This document shows positions 11,601-22,827 of a DNA stretch of 64,000 bases, piece by piece. The notes beneath the pieces are model-generated. The model did not search any database. It was not told the origin of the DNA and saw only the letters and a program-made list of their open reading frames with translations. The stretch lies in contig NC_134475.1 of NCBI RefSeq assembly GCF_964194025.1, positions 21,886,001-21,950,000 of the forward strand, given 5' to 3'. Source of the stretch: Convolutriloba macropyga (lineage: Eukaryota). The stretch's first letter is position 1. Every line of letters begins with the position of its first letter. A program made the position numbers and the translations under genes.

Positions 11601-14600
11601 GGTAAGTACCATATTGACTCGGGGGGTGGTGCTTGCATTTCGACTGGCTTGACAAAATTTTTATACAAGTCTGTTTGGAGTGTCTGGTTGTACTTCTGAT
11701 TTAGACCGGGATCGTTTTGTAGTCGTTTTTGTAGACTTTTTAGTTGACTGACTGCTGAGAGATAGTTATTCTGGAGTTTCTTTACAGGTTTCCAAGGAAG
11801 GCCAATCTGATATCTTTAACCGTTGTGACAGATTGAGTTTTCCATTGTTTGCACTGCTAATTGGTCTAGTGAGCTGTCTTCTTTCTGTTCGGGTAATGTA
11901 CCTTCAGCTTCTTTTTTCCAGAATCTGTGAACCAATTCGTCCAATTGTTCTTCTTCAATGTCTTTCCGGCAGACATGGTTAATGAATGGTTGGCGAGGGG
12001 TCTTGTTTGCGTTCATTATTTTAGGAGATAGCTCGTACTCTCCAGCGAGAGTCCAACCAAGCATTGTTTTTACTCCGAATGGACGCTTTTTGCTACCTTG
12101 GATTACGTCGATTGGATATGTGAAGGCAAACGTATTGACACCAAGAAGGGCGCCTATTGCACCGTTGGCTATGTCAGGGAAATAAATGTGACTAAATTCC
12201 TTGAAGGTGTCGCATAACTGATTGAGTTCAAGAACGTTAGCGGGTGATACATTGAGACATGACGTGCTATAGGCTCTTGCAATGCTGAAGTGTTGATTAA
12301 TTTTGTCATAAGGCGTTACTCACTGTTTCACTAATTTTGGACAGTGGCATTTCATGTTCAGTGTTTAGGTACTGCAGAGTTGTTGATGCTTGTGCTTCGC
12401 TGGGAAGCTCAAGAAAGCTAGTAACTTTATCCAGCAGGAAGGTGAACTGGCTTCCGGGGTCAATCAAGGCGCAGGTATCAAACACTTTACTGCCGTTTAC
12501 AAATGAAAATGGTATTATTTGTAGTTGTTCATACCATTCAGGAGGAATTGTATTTCGGTTGATACTGAAGTTTTGGGTCGGATTCGAAGCATTCAAACGG
12601 GCGCGTTGAATATTTTGTTGCTGTGATTGTCTTTTACCAGAAAACGATCGACCGTATCTTGTCTGCTGGCTCTTTGTACTGCTGACAGTGTCAGTACTTT
12701 AAATTTGATTTTGTTGTTGAAAGGATGGCTGTGTTTGGGGGCTTGCTAGATTTTGTGTCGGCTGATTCGGATTGCTTGTTGAGAAGGCAGCGGTGGGCCG
12801 CTTAACTTGTTTCGGAGGATCATGCAAAGTTGTGTGGTGAAGTCCTTTACATGTTTGGCATCGTTTTGTGGACGGACATGACTGCTTGAAATGTTTGTTG
12901 CTTAAACAGTTCGAGCAAAGATTGTTCTTGCTCACAATGTTATACCTTTGGTCTGGCGCACATTTCTGGTATTCAGGGCATGTTGCGAGTATGTGACTTC
13001 CTTTGCATTTCTCGCAAGACTTGTTTGACTGATCAGCATCGTTACGCGGAGGAAAGGGTGGTTGACCATGCTGGTTTGCAGGGCGACTTGAGTGCAATGA
13101 ATTCGGTTTCCAATTGTTTTGTGAATTATTAGAAAATTGATTCATAGCATTGCTGTTCCTATTATCATTGTTGTTGTTAATTCTGCTAATGCTATTACTG
13201 TTTTGACCGAAAGTGTTCCAATTATTAAACGGCTTATGAACATTTTCTCTGTTGATTTTGTCGTATACTTGGGCCTGTACTTCAAGCCACTTCTGAAAAT
13301 CAGAGACGGTTGATTGATTTCCAATTGATGTTATTGTATACTCTGTCCATTTTATCAGAATATTATGTGGAATTTTTTCTTTTGCCTTTTTCATCAATGT
13401 TGAACTTTGCAAGTCGGCTTTGAAGCCTAAATATTCAAAAGCTTGCACTAATCGTTTGAGAAGGGAAGCAAAAGATACGAAACTCTGTTTGTTGTAGTCA
13501 TTGTTCGGACGCCAGGCTTCCAGTTGATTGATGAAAGCATTCACAACAATGCTGGGATCTCCAAAGTGATCCATGAGCTCTTTCAAAGCAATCGCGTAGT
13601 AAGCTGGGTCACATGAGTAGGCTTGAATTTTTTCTTTGGCTTTTCCTACGACCGAGTTCTGTAAGTATGTTATACGGTGTGTATCCGTAAGGCTAGTATT
13701 AATGTGAACTAGGTTGAAAAAATTGTTTATCCACTCATGGTATTTCAGTGGGTTACCATTGAAATTTGATATAGTTATTGGTGGAAGTTTAATGGAATTT
13801 TTGTTTGTGGTTTGTAAATTAAAATTATTTTCAAACGGGATTGTTTCTGTTTGTATTTCAGTTCGTGGCTGAAACAGTTGCTTTCCAGAAAAAGACAATT
13901 TGGAATTTGTTTCGACTTTCCCGAAATGTTTGGTTGGCTAATATGTTGAGTAAAGGGGGGAAGAATGGCTGTTTGGTAGTTTGTAAAGGGATTTTCCGGA
14001 GTAAGCGGACAATTAAGTGGCTGAGATGATGTACAGCAAACAAGGTTGGTACCTTGGTTGTTGAGTGTTGTATTGGAGGGGAGAACCCATTGGTGGGTTC
14101 TGAAATTGTTGGGAAACGTTTGTTTGCGCTACTGTTCGTAACGACATTGCTGACGCCAATTTTCCGCTGTTCTGGTTTTCACTTATTGGAACAGCTGAAA
14201 GTTGAGTGTTTGAAACAGTTTGAGCAGTTGCACTTTGATTGTTGTCAAAATGTAGGGGATTGTGACGACTGTCTTCGTAACAATATGGATTTGGCGTGGT
14301 CTCATTTGTCACTCTATTTGTTCCTTTTTCTGAATGAAATTGACGCTGAAGCATTTGCTCATTCAAATTGCATGAACTTGATGTTTAGTATGTATTGGTT
14401 TTGTTAACTGAGCAGTTTTGTTGAAGTGAGTTTTGTAAATCTAATGCAAGACGTTCTATGCTTTGATCTTCTCTTTTGTTGTTTAAGGGAACAGAAGACT
14501 TTTTTTGGTCTAACTGTGGAATTTGCTGGTTGATTCATTGGCATTTCGGGCAATGTGATCAGTTTTGAACTAGAGAACTGGTTCAATTCTCCAATTGATG

Positions 14601-15465
14601 AGTGAATTAATTCCGGCTGGTTATCAATAGATTCAACAGGAAATAAGACTGCAGTTTGATTCATTGGAATGGAGGGTTGTTGAATTGAAGCAAACTGGTT
14701 GAAAGTGTTCTCTTGCTCTGTGAGAACAACGTTGTGTTCTGGAGATTGAGGATTATACAAAACAAATATGTCCTGAATGTTTGCTCTGAATAATAGGGTT
14801 GATGCTGGTGTTGGGGCTGCTAACAACGACATTGATTGATTTATGAGTTCAACCGTCGTAAATTTTTTTACTGATACTTCAGTCAGTTCTCTAGTATCCT
14901 GCGCAAATTGTCTGTTGCTCTGAAAGGATTTGGAGAGAAGGTTGGGTTTATTTTCTACTTGCGGAAGGAAAAACGATGGTTTCGCCGGTCTTGGGGGCAC
15001 TGGAGGGGAGACATCGCTGGCAGGTTTCTTTACTGTCATGTTGTTTTGCTCTGAGTTTTCGGAAACCGGTGTCAATCGATGCGACTCGAGCTGTCTTTTT
15101 GAGGACTGTGAGACGCAGTTGATGTCATCGCGCACTCGAGTTGATGATTGACTCAATTGACCATCATCGTCGAGACTGTTGACTTCTAGTTCCAATTTTT
15201 CTAGACGGGAGATCAAGTTCGATTGACGTTTCATGACTGAGTTTATGCTACTAGAGCTTACTTTTTCCATCATGATGCTGTCAATGTTTGTCTTCAGCTC
15301 TTCAACGCTCTCCTTGATTTTGTTGATCAACAAAGAAAGAGTGCGGAAGCTTTTTCTCTGCTCCACGGATGTCTGTAAGAGATCAAGCTGATTTTTCATG
15401 TTGAGCTCAGTCATTTTGAACTTGTTCAATTCGTATTGCAACTTCTGGCTGTTTTCTTTTGTCAT
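8683..15465 (-). pseudogene. BEL/Pao gag-pol polyprotein broken by stops and frameshifts
   Basis: Coiled-coil/low-complexity N-terminus (14013-15465). DUF1759-type gag LPPITISNFNGNPLKYHEW plus three Cys/His knuckles (12699-13898). Aspartic protease ALIDPGSQ (12306-12596). RT WYLPHHPV...FYMDD (10568-11668). RNase H (Peptidase_A17) PKMELEAA, WSDSQLVL, NPADHGTRG (9584-10761). Integrase RAVHLE, SDNG, HFGGVWERLI, LNSRPL, WPLGRV (8683-9485). Confidence 0.95.
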
Positions 15466-16319
15466 CTTGATGAAGCGGCTGTAGTCAACTCTTAATGGTT
15501 CTGTCGTATGTAAAGTAAAGGTAAAAATGGCTCAAAATTTACTGAGCGACTTTTTTTGTAAATTAAAAAAACCTCTTATATTTATGAAGGCTAATCAGCC
15601 TAGCTCTTTTCGTTCAAAAGTAGCGACGCAACTTTTCACAAATCCAGGAATCCTAAAGGTGTATTTTTGGTGCTAAATCTAGCTAAAAATTTGCTTAAAA
15701 AAGGAAAAACTAAGCGTTCGCGCGTGTGTACCGTTGATTTGTTGAACAGGACCAAATAATTGCTTTTAAATTTTTTTTACATATATGACATCGCAACGAT
15801 TCTCCTCTAAGTTTTAGTTCTCCTTTTATCACAATCAAGGTGCCAGAAAAAAATTTTACTGAAGTGTTTTCTTTTTTTTTGTGTGTGGAGTTTTAGGAAC
15901 AAATAAAAAGTAAAACCAAACAAACTAAATCTAAATTGATACTTCTTCAAAAAAAGTTAAATTTTTTTAGAATTTAAAATGCGGTTCGACCAGGTAACTT
16001 GAGCTACAGACAAGCAGAGAAATCTGGTTGCTTAAAAGCTGGGTCTACTTTGAAGCTCTTTTCCAAGAAATTCTGTTTTGCGGTTCTTACCCCATTAACT
16101 AGGCTCGCGGCTAGTAGTATGCAATTAAGATCAAAGAAAACACAAACCTCTTTGTATATTGTTTTTTGTCAGAAGCTTTTTCAGTAATTTTCTGTCTGTT
16201 CTCTTCGGTTTTGCAGAATGGTTATATAGTTTTCCATCTTGTTTTGTAATGAACTGCGGAGTTATATAAAATAGCTCTTTTTTGAAAATTGATTGATTTT
16301 TTCTTTAATAAGAAAAAAA

Positions 16320-17080
16320 AAAGTTAGAAAAAACGTTTTTTGATTTTTATATAACAGAGAAACAATTTTGCCACTTTTCTGTTGCTTCTTTGCAGTTTTG
16401 CAAGGGGATGAAATAAATTTTCAGATTGTTTTCAAACAAACAGAAGGAGCTATTTCGAACGCTTTCTTGTTATCTACTGAAAATTTCCAATAAACATTAG
16501 AAAAATGTTTTTTGAGTTTTTTAAGTAAAAGAAGCAAATTTGCAAATTTCAAGTTGCCTCTTTATAAGTTTGTATATTCAATCAACTGTTTTTTAAGTTT
16601 GTTTTTGAACAAAACCAGGGGGGCTAATCAATGGGTTTCAGTGGAACTATTAAATGTTTTATTCAAAACGTTAGGAAAACGTTTTTTAAATTTTTTGATT
16701 CAAAGAAGCAATTTTGTCAAAATTGAGTTGCTTCTTTACAAAATTGCGAAATCGATAAACTGATTTTGAAACTTATTTTCCTACAAACCCAGGAGGGCTA
16801 ATCAATGCGTTTTTTGGATTTATTAAAAGGTTTTCCCTAAAACGTAAGAAAAACGTTTTTTGATTTTTTGTAGTCAAGGACGCAAATTTTGTCAAAATCG
16901 AATTGCTTCTTTACAAAATTGCAAAATCGATAAATTGATTTTGTAGCTTCTTTTCCAACGAACCCAGGGGGGCTAATCAATGGGTTTTTGGATTTAATAA
17001 AAAGTTTTCATTAAAACGTTAGAAAAACGGTTTTTGATTTTTGACGCTCAAAAAAGCACTTTTGCGACTTTCTCATTTTT
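16320..17080. repeat. Tandem array of ~175-bp units (about 4 diverged copies) in the BEL 5' leader
   Basis: Recurring cores ccaggggggctaatcaatg (~16616, ~16789, ~16963), aaaacgttagaaaaac and ttgcttctttacaaaattgc. Confidence 0.85.
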
Positions 17081-17694
17081 TGAGCAAAAATTTTACATAA
17101 GCTGTTCAACCAAAATAAAGTTGATTTTAAGTCCAACTAAAGTGTTCTATTCAAATAAAAATTTTACTTTCATGTAGATTTTTTGCGACAAATTGAGAAA
17201 ATTGTTTTTGAGTTTTTCCGATGCAAAAAACGCTTTATCGTTTTTTCGGGCAATTTGTGTTTTTTTTCGTTAATTGCTGACTTGTAGTTGCTCGCGGCTA
17301 TTTCTTTCGTAAACCATCTACCAAAAGCTCGTTGGGGGACAATTTTTGTGTGTTTGAGATTTTTTGTCGCAAAAAAATCACGTTTTATTTGGATACGTGT
17401 AACCGGGGAAAGGACTTCTAAGGTGACGTCTGGAACCTCGGGCGATCATCTCTTGCTGACGTCTCTAACCAAAAAAAATGTCAGACCTTCTTGGTCGGGT
17501 GACGTCTGAAAACCTTTGAAAAAAAAACTCTTCGTCTTTGGTTGGCTCGTCTGCAATAAGAAACTCTTCCTCTGTCGTAGTCTTGGATATTAGTCTTGGG
17601 GTGTGCTCATGCCCCCTCTTTGTTTCAAAAAAAATTAAATTTAATTCAGAAGGTTTTATGTCCTTATTATCAAGGCGGATGGTCGCCGAAATTA

Positions 17695-17836
17695 TGTTTT
17701 AAAACATATCTCTAGTCTAATCATTTGTTAAAAGAGCACGTCTAAGTTTCACGTTGCTGGACAAAAGAGTCAAGTTTTTGTTGCAATTTTGGCTGTTTTT
17801 TGAATCATCTTGAAAATTGCAATAACATTGGCAACA
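17695..17836 (-). repeat. 5' LTR (142 bp)
   Basis: tgttttaaaacatatctc...cattggcaaca, immediately followed by TSD TAATA. Confidence 0.93.
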
Positions 17837-18811
17837 TAATACTTAAATTAACAATAAGACGATATCGCACACTCTTGATTCCACAAAACAAAATTTGTGA
17901 CCTTAAATTTCGATAAGAAAGATTATTGTAGACGCAAAACAAATCATCAAGAGTGTTGCGCCTAAAAGGTTTCCCCACTAAAGACAGTAAAAGCAAACAA
18001 ATGCAAAAAACAGCAGAATATAAAGACACAAAAAACCTTTCTTTTCAAATGCTGGTTCGAATTTTGACAATAGAAGATTAAAAACAATTTGTCTCCCAAA
18101 TAATCTGCACGTTTACTGTTCTAATGTGAGACGTTGTCGCTCATTAGAGTCATGATTCTTCTTCATTTAAACCTACTGCTCATCGCTTCAAGGATGACTG
18201 CAACCCCGTACTAAAAACTATGTATTTTTTCACTGACTTTTTTCCAATATTTTTGACTGTTAATTATCCACTTAGTTAGTTAAACTTCTCTTCGGCAATT
18301 TTATCAGCATGTAAGATTCTGACAAATAGAAAAATTATGTGATTTGGATGAAAATTGGTTTAGTTTTAATATGAGTTATTGTTCAAGATATCGGATCAAT
18401 AAGTAAATAAACGTTTAGAAAAATTTATTTATGAGAGCATTTTTTTCCAAGATTATATTTTTGGTTTGAAATTGGTTTTTAATAGAAAATCTTTTCCAGT
18501 AGCAATTTGTTTTTCAAACTGTTCTATTGACAAAACTTCTCGTTTTGACTACTTTTAAATTTTTTTTTGACGAGTGAATAAAAGTTAAAATACAAAGAAA
18601 AGATTGTATTATTTCAAAATTTTATTTGAATTAAAAATATCTGAATTGTATCAATTTTGGCATTATTCATTCAAAATAAATGGAACTAATGCAGTTAAAA
18701 ATTTTGGCTTTGTGGATGTTCTATCTTTGCAGTTTGGAAATTAATAGAATGCTCGAGAACCAGCAGCAGCATTAGATATTTTTATGCATGGCATGTGTTT
18801 ATTTTCTATTT

Positions 18812-18889
18812 TGGTTGAAATAAAATTTGGTTCAGGTTGAAATAAAATTTGGTTCAGGTGAATCAATTGGTTCAGGTTCGCACGTGCGT
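18812..18889. repeat. Short tandem repeat (22-bp ggttgaaataaaatttggttca) ending in gcacgtgcgt; probable small non-autonomous element
   Basis: Tandem copies are directly visible. The same terminal gcacgtgcgt follows a different tandem array (agatctggca) at 7496-7579. Confidence 0.5.
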
Positions 18890-19302
18890 TGAAATAAAGT
18901 CGCCGAGTTGATGAGAGCTAAGCTCGAAATTGAATTCCTTTAAAATTTGGAACAACCTTATTGAAGTAAATTACCTCAAGAGTTCAAGACCGAGCTTCAA
19001 AACCCGGTGAGATTGTTCTTGATCACCCCCCCCCCTCCAACGTCGTACCGCCGCTAGCCCTTTAAAAAAAGCAGTCGAGTACTGCAACAGAAATAGCCAC
19101 AACGGGGAGGACACTTCAGAGAAAATTTTTGTCCTATAAATTTTTGTCCTAAAAATTCCTCGGCAAGTCATCAAAAAAGCAGTGGTCAACAACAACACGA
19201 TCCAAATTCTAGCTATCGCAAAAAAGAACCTTCGTTTCGGGAAAGCACTTCGTTTTTTTTACGATTTGCAATCCCCCGTATGATATAAATACAGTTTCGA
19301 AT

Positions 19303-22300
19303 ATGGGAAAAAAGAAATACAATCTAAGAAAAACTGTTGTGAACGATAGTGTTCGTCTGCAAATCCAGTCTCAAGATAATGCTAGCTCACGAGACATCAT
19401 TGATGACTCTGACCCCATCAGTGATGCAAATACTGGTTTGACGCAAAACTTTCAAGACTTGAGTGTAAAAGAGCAATTCCACACAACACCAGGAACCATA
19501 CTTTTTATCCCCGACACTGTCAACAAACTCTATAAGGTGCAAGTGTTAGAAAACTCGGGGCATGAAACCAAAATTAGATATAGTGGTTGGGGCTCAGAGC
19601 ACGACACGTGGTTTAATGCGAAATCAGTTTGGGCCTATTCGAAGCACAAACATAACTTGAAGAATCGCAAAAAAATAACAAAAGAAATTTCAGATAAAAT
19701 TGACCTACTCCTCGCGTCGTGTGAGCAGAACCAGCTTGATGATAATTTCTTTGAAAACGTTGAACAAACAATACTGAACGAGAACAAAAAGTTGCCCTCT
19801 TTACAGACAATAGTTAGTTCACATGTTCCAACATGCCGTTTCGTTCCGGTCAAATTTAGAACTAAGTGGTCACAACTGCTAACCAGCATCCTGGATGATT
19901 GTGCCACAACACCAGATGACGAACTAAATTGGCAGAAATTGTTTTCTGTTTCGAAGTGTATCCTGCGTGCGAGCAACCGAGGAGGTAAAAAGCATAAACG
20001 AAATCAGGATCAGCGGCTCTCCGATCGCATCGATCGATGGAATGCGGGTGAATATGCAAACCTTTGGACAGAAGCTTTGGCAATGAAAAAAGCGAGGAAA
20101 AAATCCACAAACGGAATAGAAGAATTAGCCAGTAGAGCTAAAAGTCTATGTTTGCAAGGTCAATTTGGTCGCGCCGCAAAAATACTGTCATCTGAGGGAC
20201 TTGCACCTAATAACAGAGGTACTCTGAAAGCACTAGAAGAGCTACATCCCAAAGAAGTGCCTCCAACTTTGCTCCAACCAGACAATGTTGCTTCAAGTGC
20301 GTATCAATTTAGTGATAACATAGTTTTTGAACAATTGAAAACTTTCAGCAAGTACACTGCAGCTGGTCCTTCCAAGATGTATCCAGAACATCTATTGCAC
20401 GCAGTAGAGTGTACTGCTCCCGACCACTCTGAATCCGCCCTTAAAGCAATAACAAGGTTTGTAAATACAGGAAGCAGGGGTAATTTCCCTTCATTTGTTT
20501 CAAAAGCCCTCTGCAGCGCATCGCTCACCGCTCTATCCAAAAAGAAAGGAGGAGTACGTCCAATAGCTGTCAGTGAAATCCTGAGGCTTCTGATTACTAA
20601 ATGTTTGGTGAAAGAAGCAAAATCAGAAGCAATTGAGTTGTTCGATTCCATTCAGCTAGGGGTTGGAGTCAGCGGAGGTGCGGAAGCAATTATCCACTCT
20701 GCAAAAATCACCTACGAAAAGATCCTCAACGCTGAATCTAATGAAGGAGTGCTTCAGATTGATTTCCGAAATGCCTTTAATTCGGTTAAGCGTTCACACT
20801 TATTGCAAGCAGCATGCGATTTCATACCAGGTATCGCAGCCTTCACATATTTTTGCTACTCTCAGCATGTGCCACTACTGTACAATAACGCCAGTCTTCA
20901 AAGTGAATTGGGTGTTCAGCAAGGAGATCCCTTGGGTCCACTTCTCTTTTCGTTGACGTTATGGCCTGTTATAGAAAAAATAAAAGACGCGGTTCCAAAT
21001 CTTACCCAGCACACTTGGTATTTGGACGGTGGTTTTGTTGCAGGTTCAGAAGATCAAATCCAAACTACGCTCGATATCTTAGCTAATGAAGGTCCAAAAA
21101 GGGGTCTGTACTTGAGGAAAGACAAGTGCGAACTCTGGTCAATCGTAGATCTACCTTCAGTTGATCGAGAAGTTACAAGAAATATGGGCAATGGTTTTGA
21201 AGTACTGGTTGCCGCAGTCGGATCACCAGAATTTGTTTCTTCTTGCCTGCAGAAACGTGTTCAGAAGGTTGTGTCGCTCTTGGATAATTTGAGTTATCTG
21301 GATGATCCTCAATGCGCTCTCGGCATACTTCGTTATTGCCTAGGGACACCAAAGTTAGTCTACTCTATACGCACTAACACGCCGACAAGACATCTGATCG
21401 ATGTTTTAAAAGTTTTTGATTCCAGCCAACGGGATGCGTTAGATCAAATAATAGGTGCTGTCACCTCTGACAATGCGTGGTTGCAGTCAACTTTGCCAAT
21501 AAACAGTTCAGGCCTCGGAGTGCGACAATCGCAACAGCAGTACAGAGCCGCATATGTGGGCTCAGTGATAGCATCTGATGACTTGGTTCAGAAAATTACA
21601 AACCAGCGCGCGTCAGACAGTAGAGTTTTTAAGGAACTCTATGCAAGCCTTGAACCTTTCAACTTAAATTCCTACACACAGAAGAAAATTCAAGAAGCTG
21701 TAGATACTGAAAAGTTTTCAGAGCTGCTAAGAAATCAGTCGTCAAACAGGGAGAAGGCAAGACTGCAATAACTCTCGTTGCCTCATTCCGGCGCATGGCT
21801 TGCGGCACCTCCAGTTCCTGCCTTAGGTCTCCATATGTGTCCCAGTGAATTTCAAATTAGTGTCAAATACAGACTAGGTATTGCAGTTTATGAAGATGAA
21901 AGAAAATGCCCTTACTGCAGGTCTGGGACCCTTGACATTTTTGGTGACCACGCCGTCATCTGTCCCGGAAGAGGGGATGCAATTTCTCGGCATGACAGGA
22001 TTCGTGACCGTTTTGCATCAGCTTGCTCAGCAGCTAATTTGTCCCCAGTCATAGAAAAACGGAACCTTTTTGCAGGAAACGGTTCTCGCCCTGGCGACAT
22101 TTGGTTGCAGTGGAGAAGTTACGGTTCTCACCGTAACTTCTCCACTGCAACCAAACATTATAAATCATGCGGCAGAGAAGTCTGGTTACGCGATTGAAGC
22201 AGCCGAAGAGCGAAAGTATACACAACACGAAAATGATTGCTCTGAGCAAGGAATTTTGTTTGTTCCCCTTGCTGTTGAGTCATTGGGTGGTCTGTCAGTC

Positions 22301-22456
22301 ACTCTCAAGAAAGCGTTAAAGCGCATAGCCCTGTTAGCTGACAGCAGGAATTATCAGTCGCAAGGACATGCTATCGCTTTTGATAGATTGGCTCAGTCGG
22401 TTTCCGTTGTGATTGTACGAGGATCGGCTACAATGTTGCTTGCACGAGTCCCGTAA
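19303..22456 (+). mobile_element. CRE-clade-like non-LTR retrotransposon ORF (chromo-barrel-like domain + RT + CCHC/restriction-like endonuclease), inactivated
   Basis: RT motifs GGVRPIAV, QLGVGVSGGAEAIIH, IDFRNAFNSV, GVQQGDPLGPLLF, WYLDGG (catalytic DD changed to DG). C-terminal CPYC...DHAVIC, RHDRIRD, RPGDI, EERKY, FVPLAVESLGG. Premature TAA at 21769-21771 and a frameshift near 22100. Confidence 0.9.
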
Positions 22457-22827
22457 CCCCAATTTTTGCAAGATTTTTGGACAAATTCTATTTCCGCAAA
22501 CATTGTGAACTCCAAGAAGAAAGGAGTCTTTTGAGAAGCGTCACCCAATGAGAGGGGACCTTCGTTTCTGTAAATATTGTCTCACCCATTGAGCGGGGAG
22601 AACATAAATAATTTTCAAGAGTTCATAGAAGATTGAAACGAGAAGAGTTCTGAAACTTAAGGATAACAGGACTGATGTTATAGAGTGCGATTGAGAAGAG
22701 TGAAGAATTCTTCAACAAAAAACACACTTATTTGAACCTTTAATGAGCAAAAACTTTTAATTCCGAATCAAAGTTTGATAACAAAGATTTGTATTAATTC
22801 ATTAATTTATGTGAAAAAAAATGTCTT

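Larger units (their letters stand above)
8353..17836 (-). mobile_element. BEL/Pao LTR retrotransposon, full length, decayed
   Basis: Two TG...CA direct repeats (8353-8493, 17695-17836) flanked by the 5-bp TSD TAATA (8348-8352, 17837-17841). Internal domain order is gag-PR-RT-RH-IN with BEL/Pao motifs. Confidence 0.96.

Noticed and set aside
8792-15151. Several plus-strand ORFs antisense to BEL pol, and similar antisense ORFs over the CRE and Polinton genes
   Set aside because: Shadow ORFs of real coding sequence with no recognisable motifs.
16320-17080. Regularly spaced repeats superficially like a CRISPR array
   Set aside because: The whole ~175-bp units are homologous (no unique spacers), the context is eukaryotic, and there are no cas genes.
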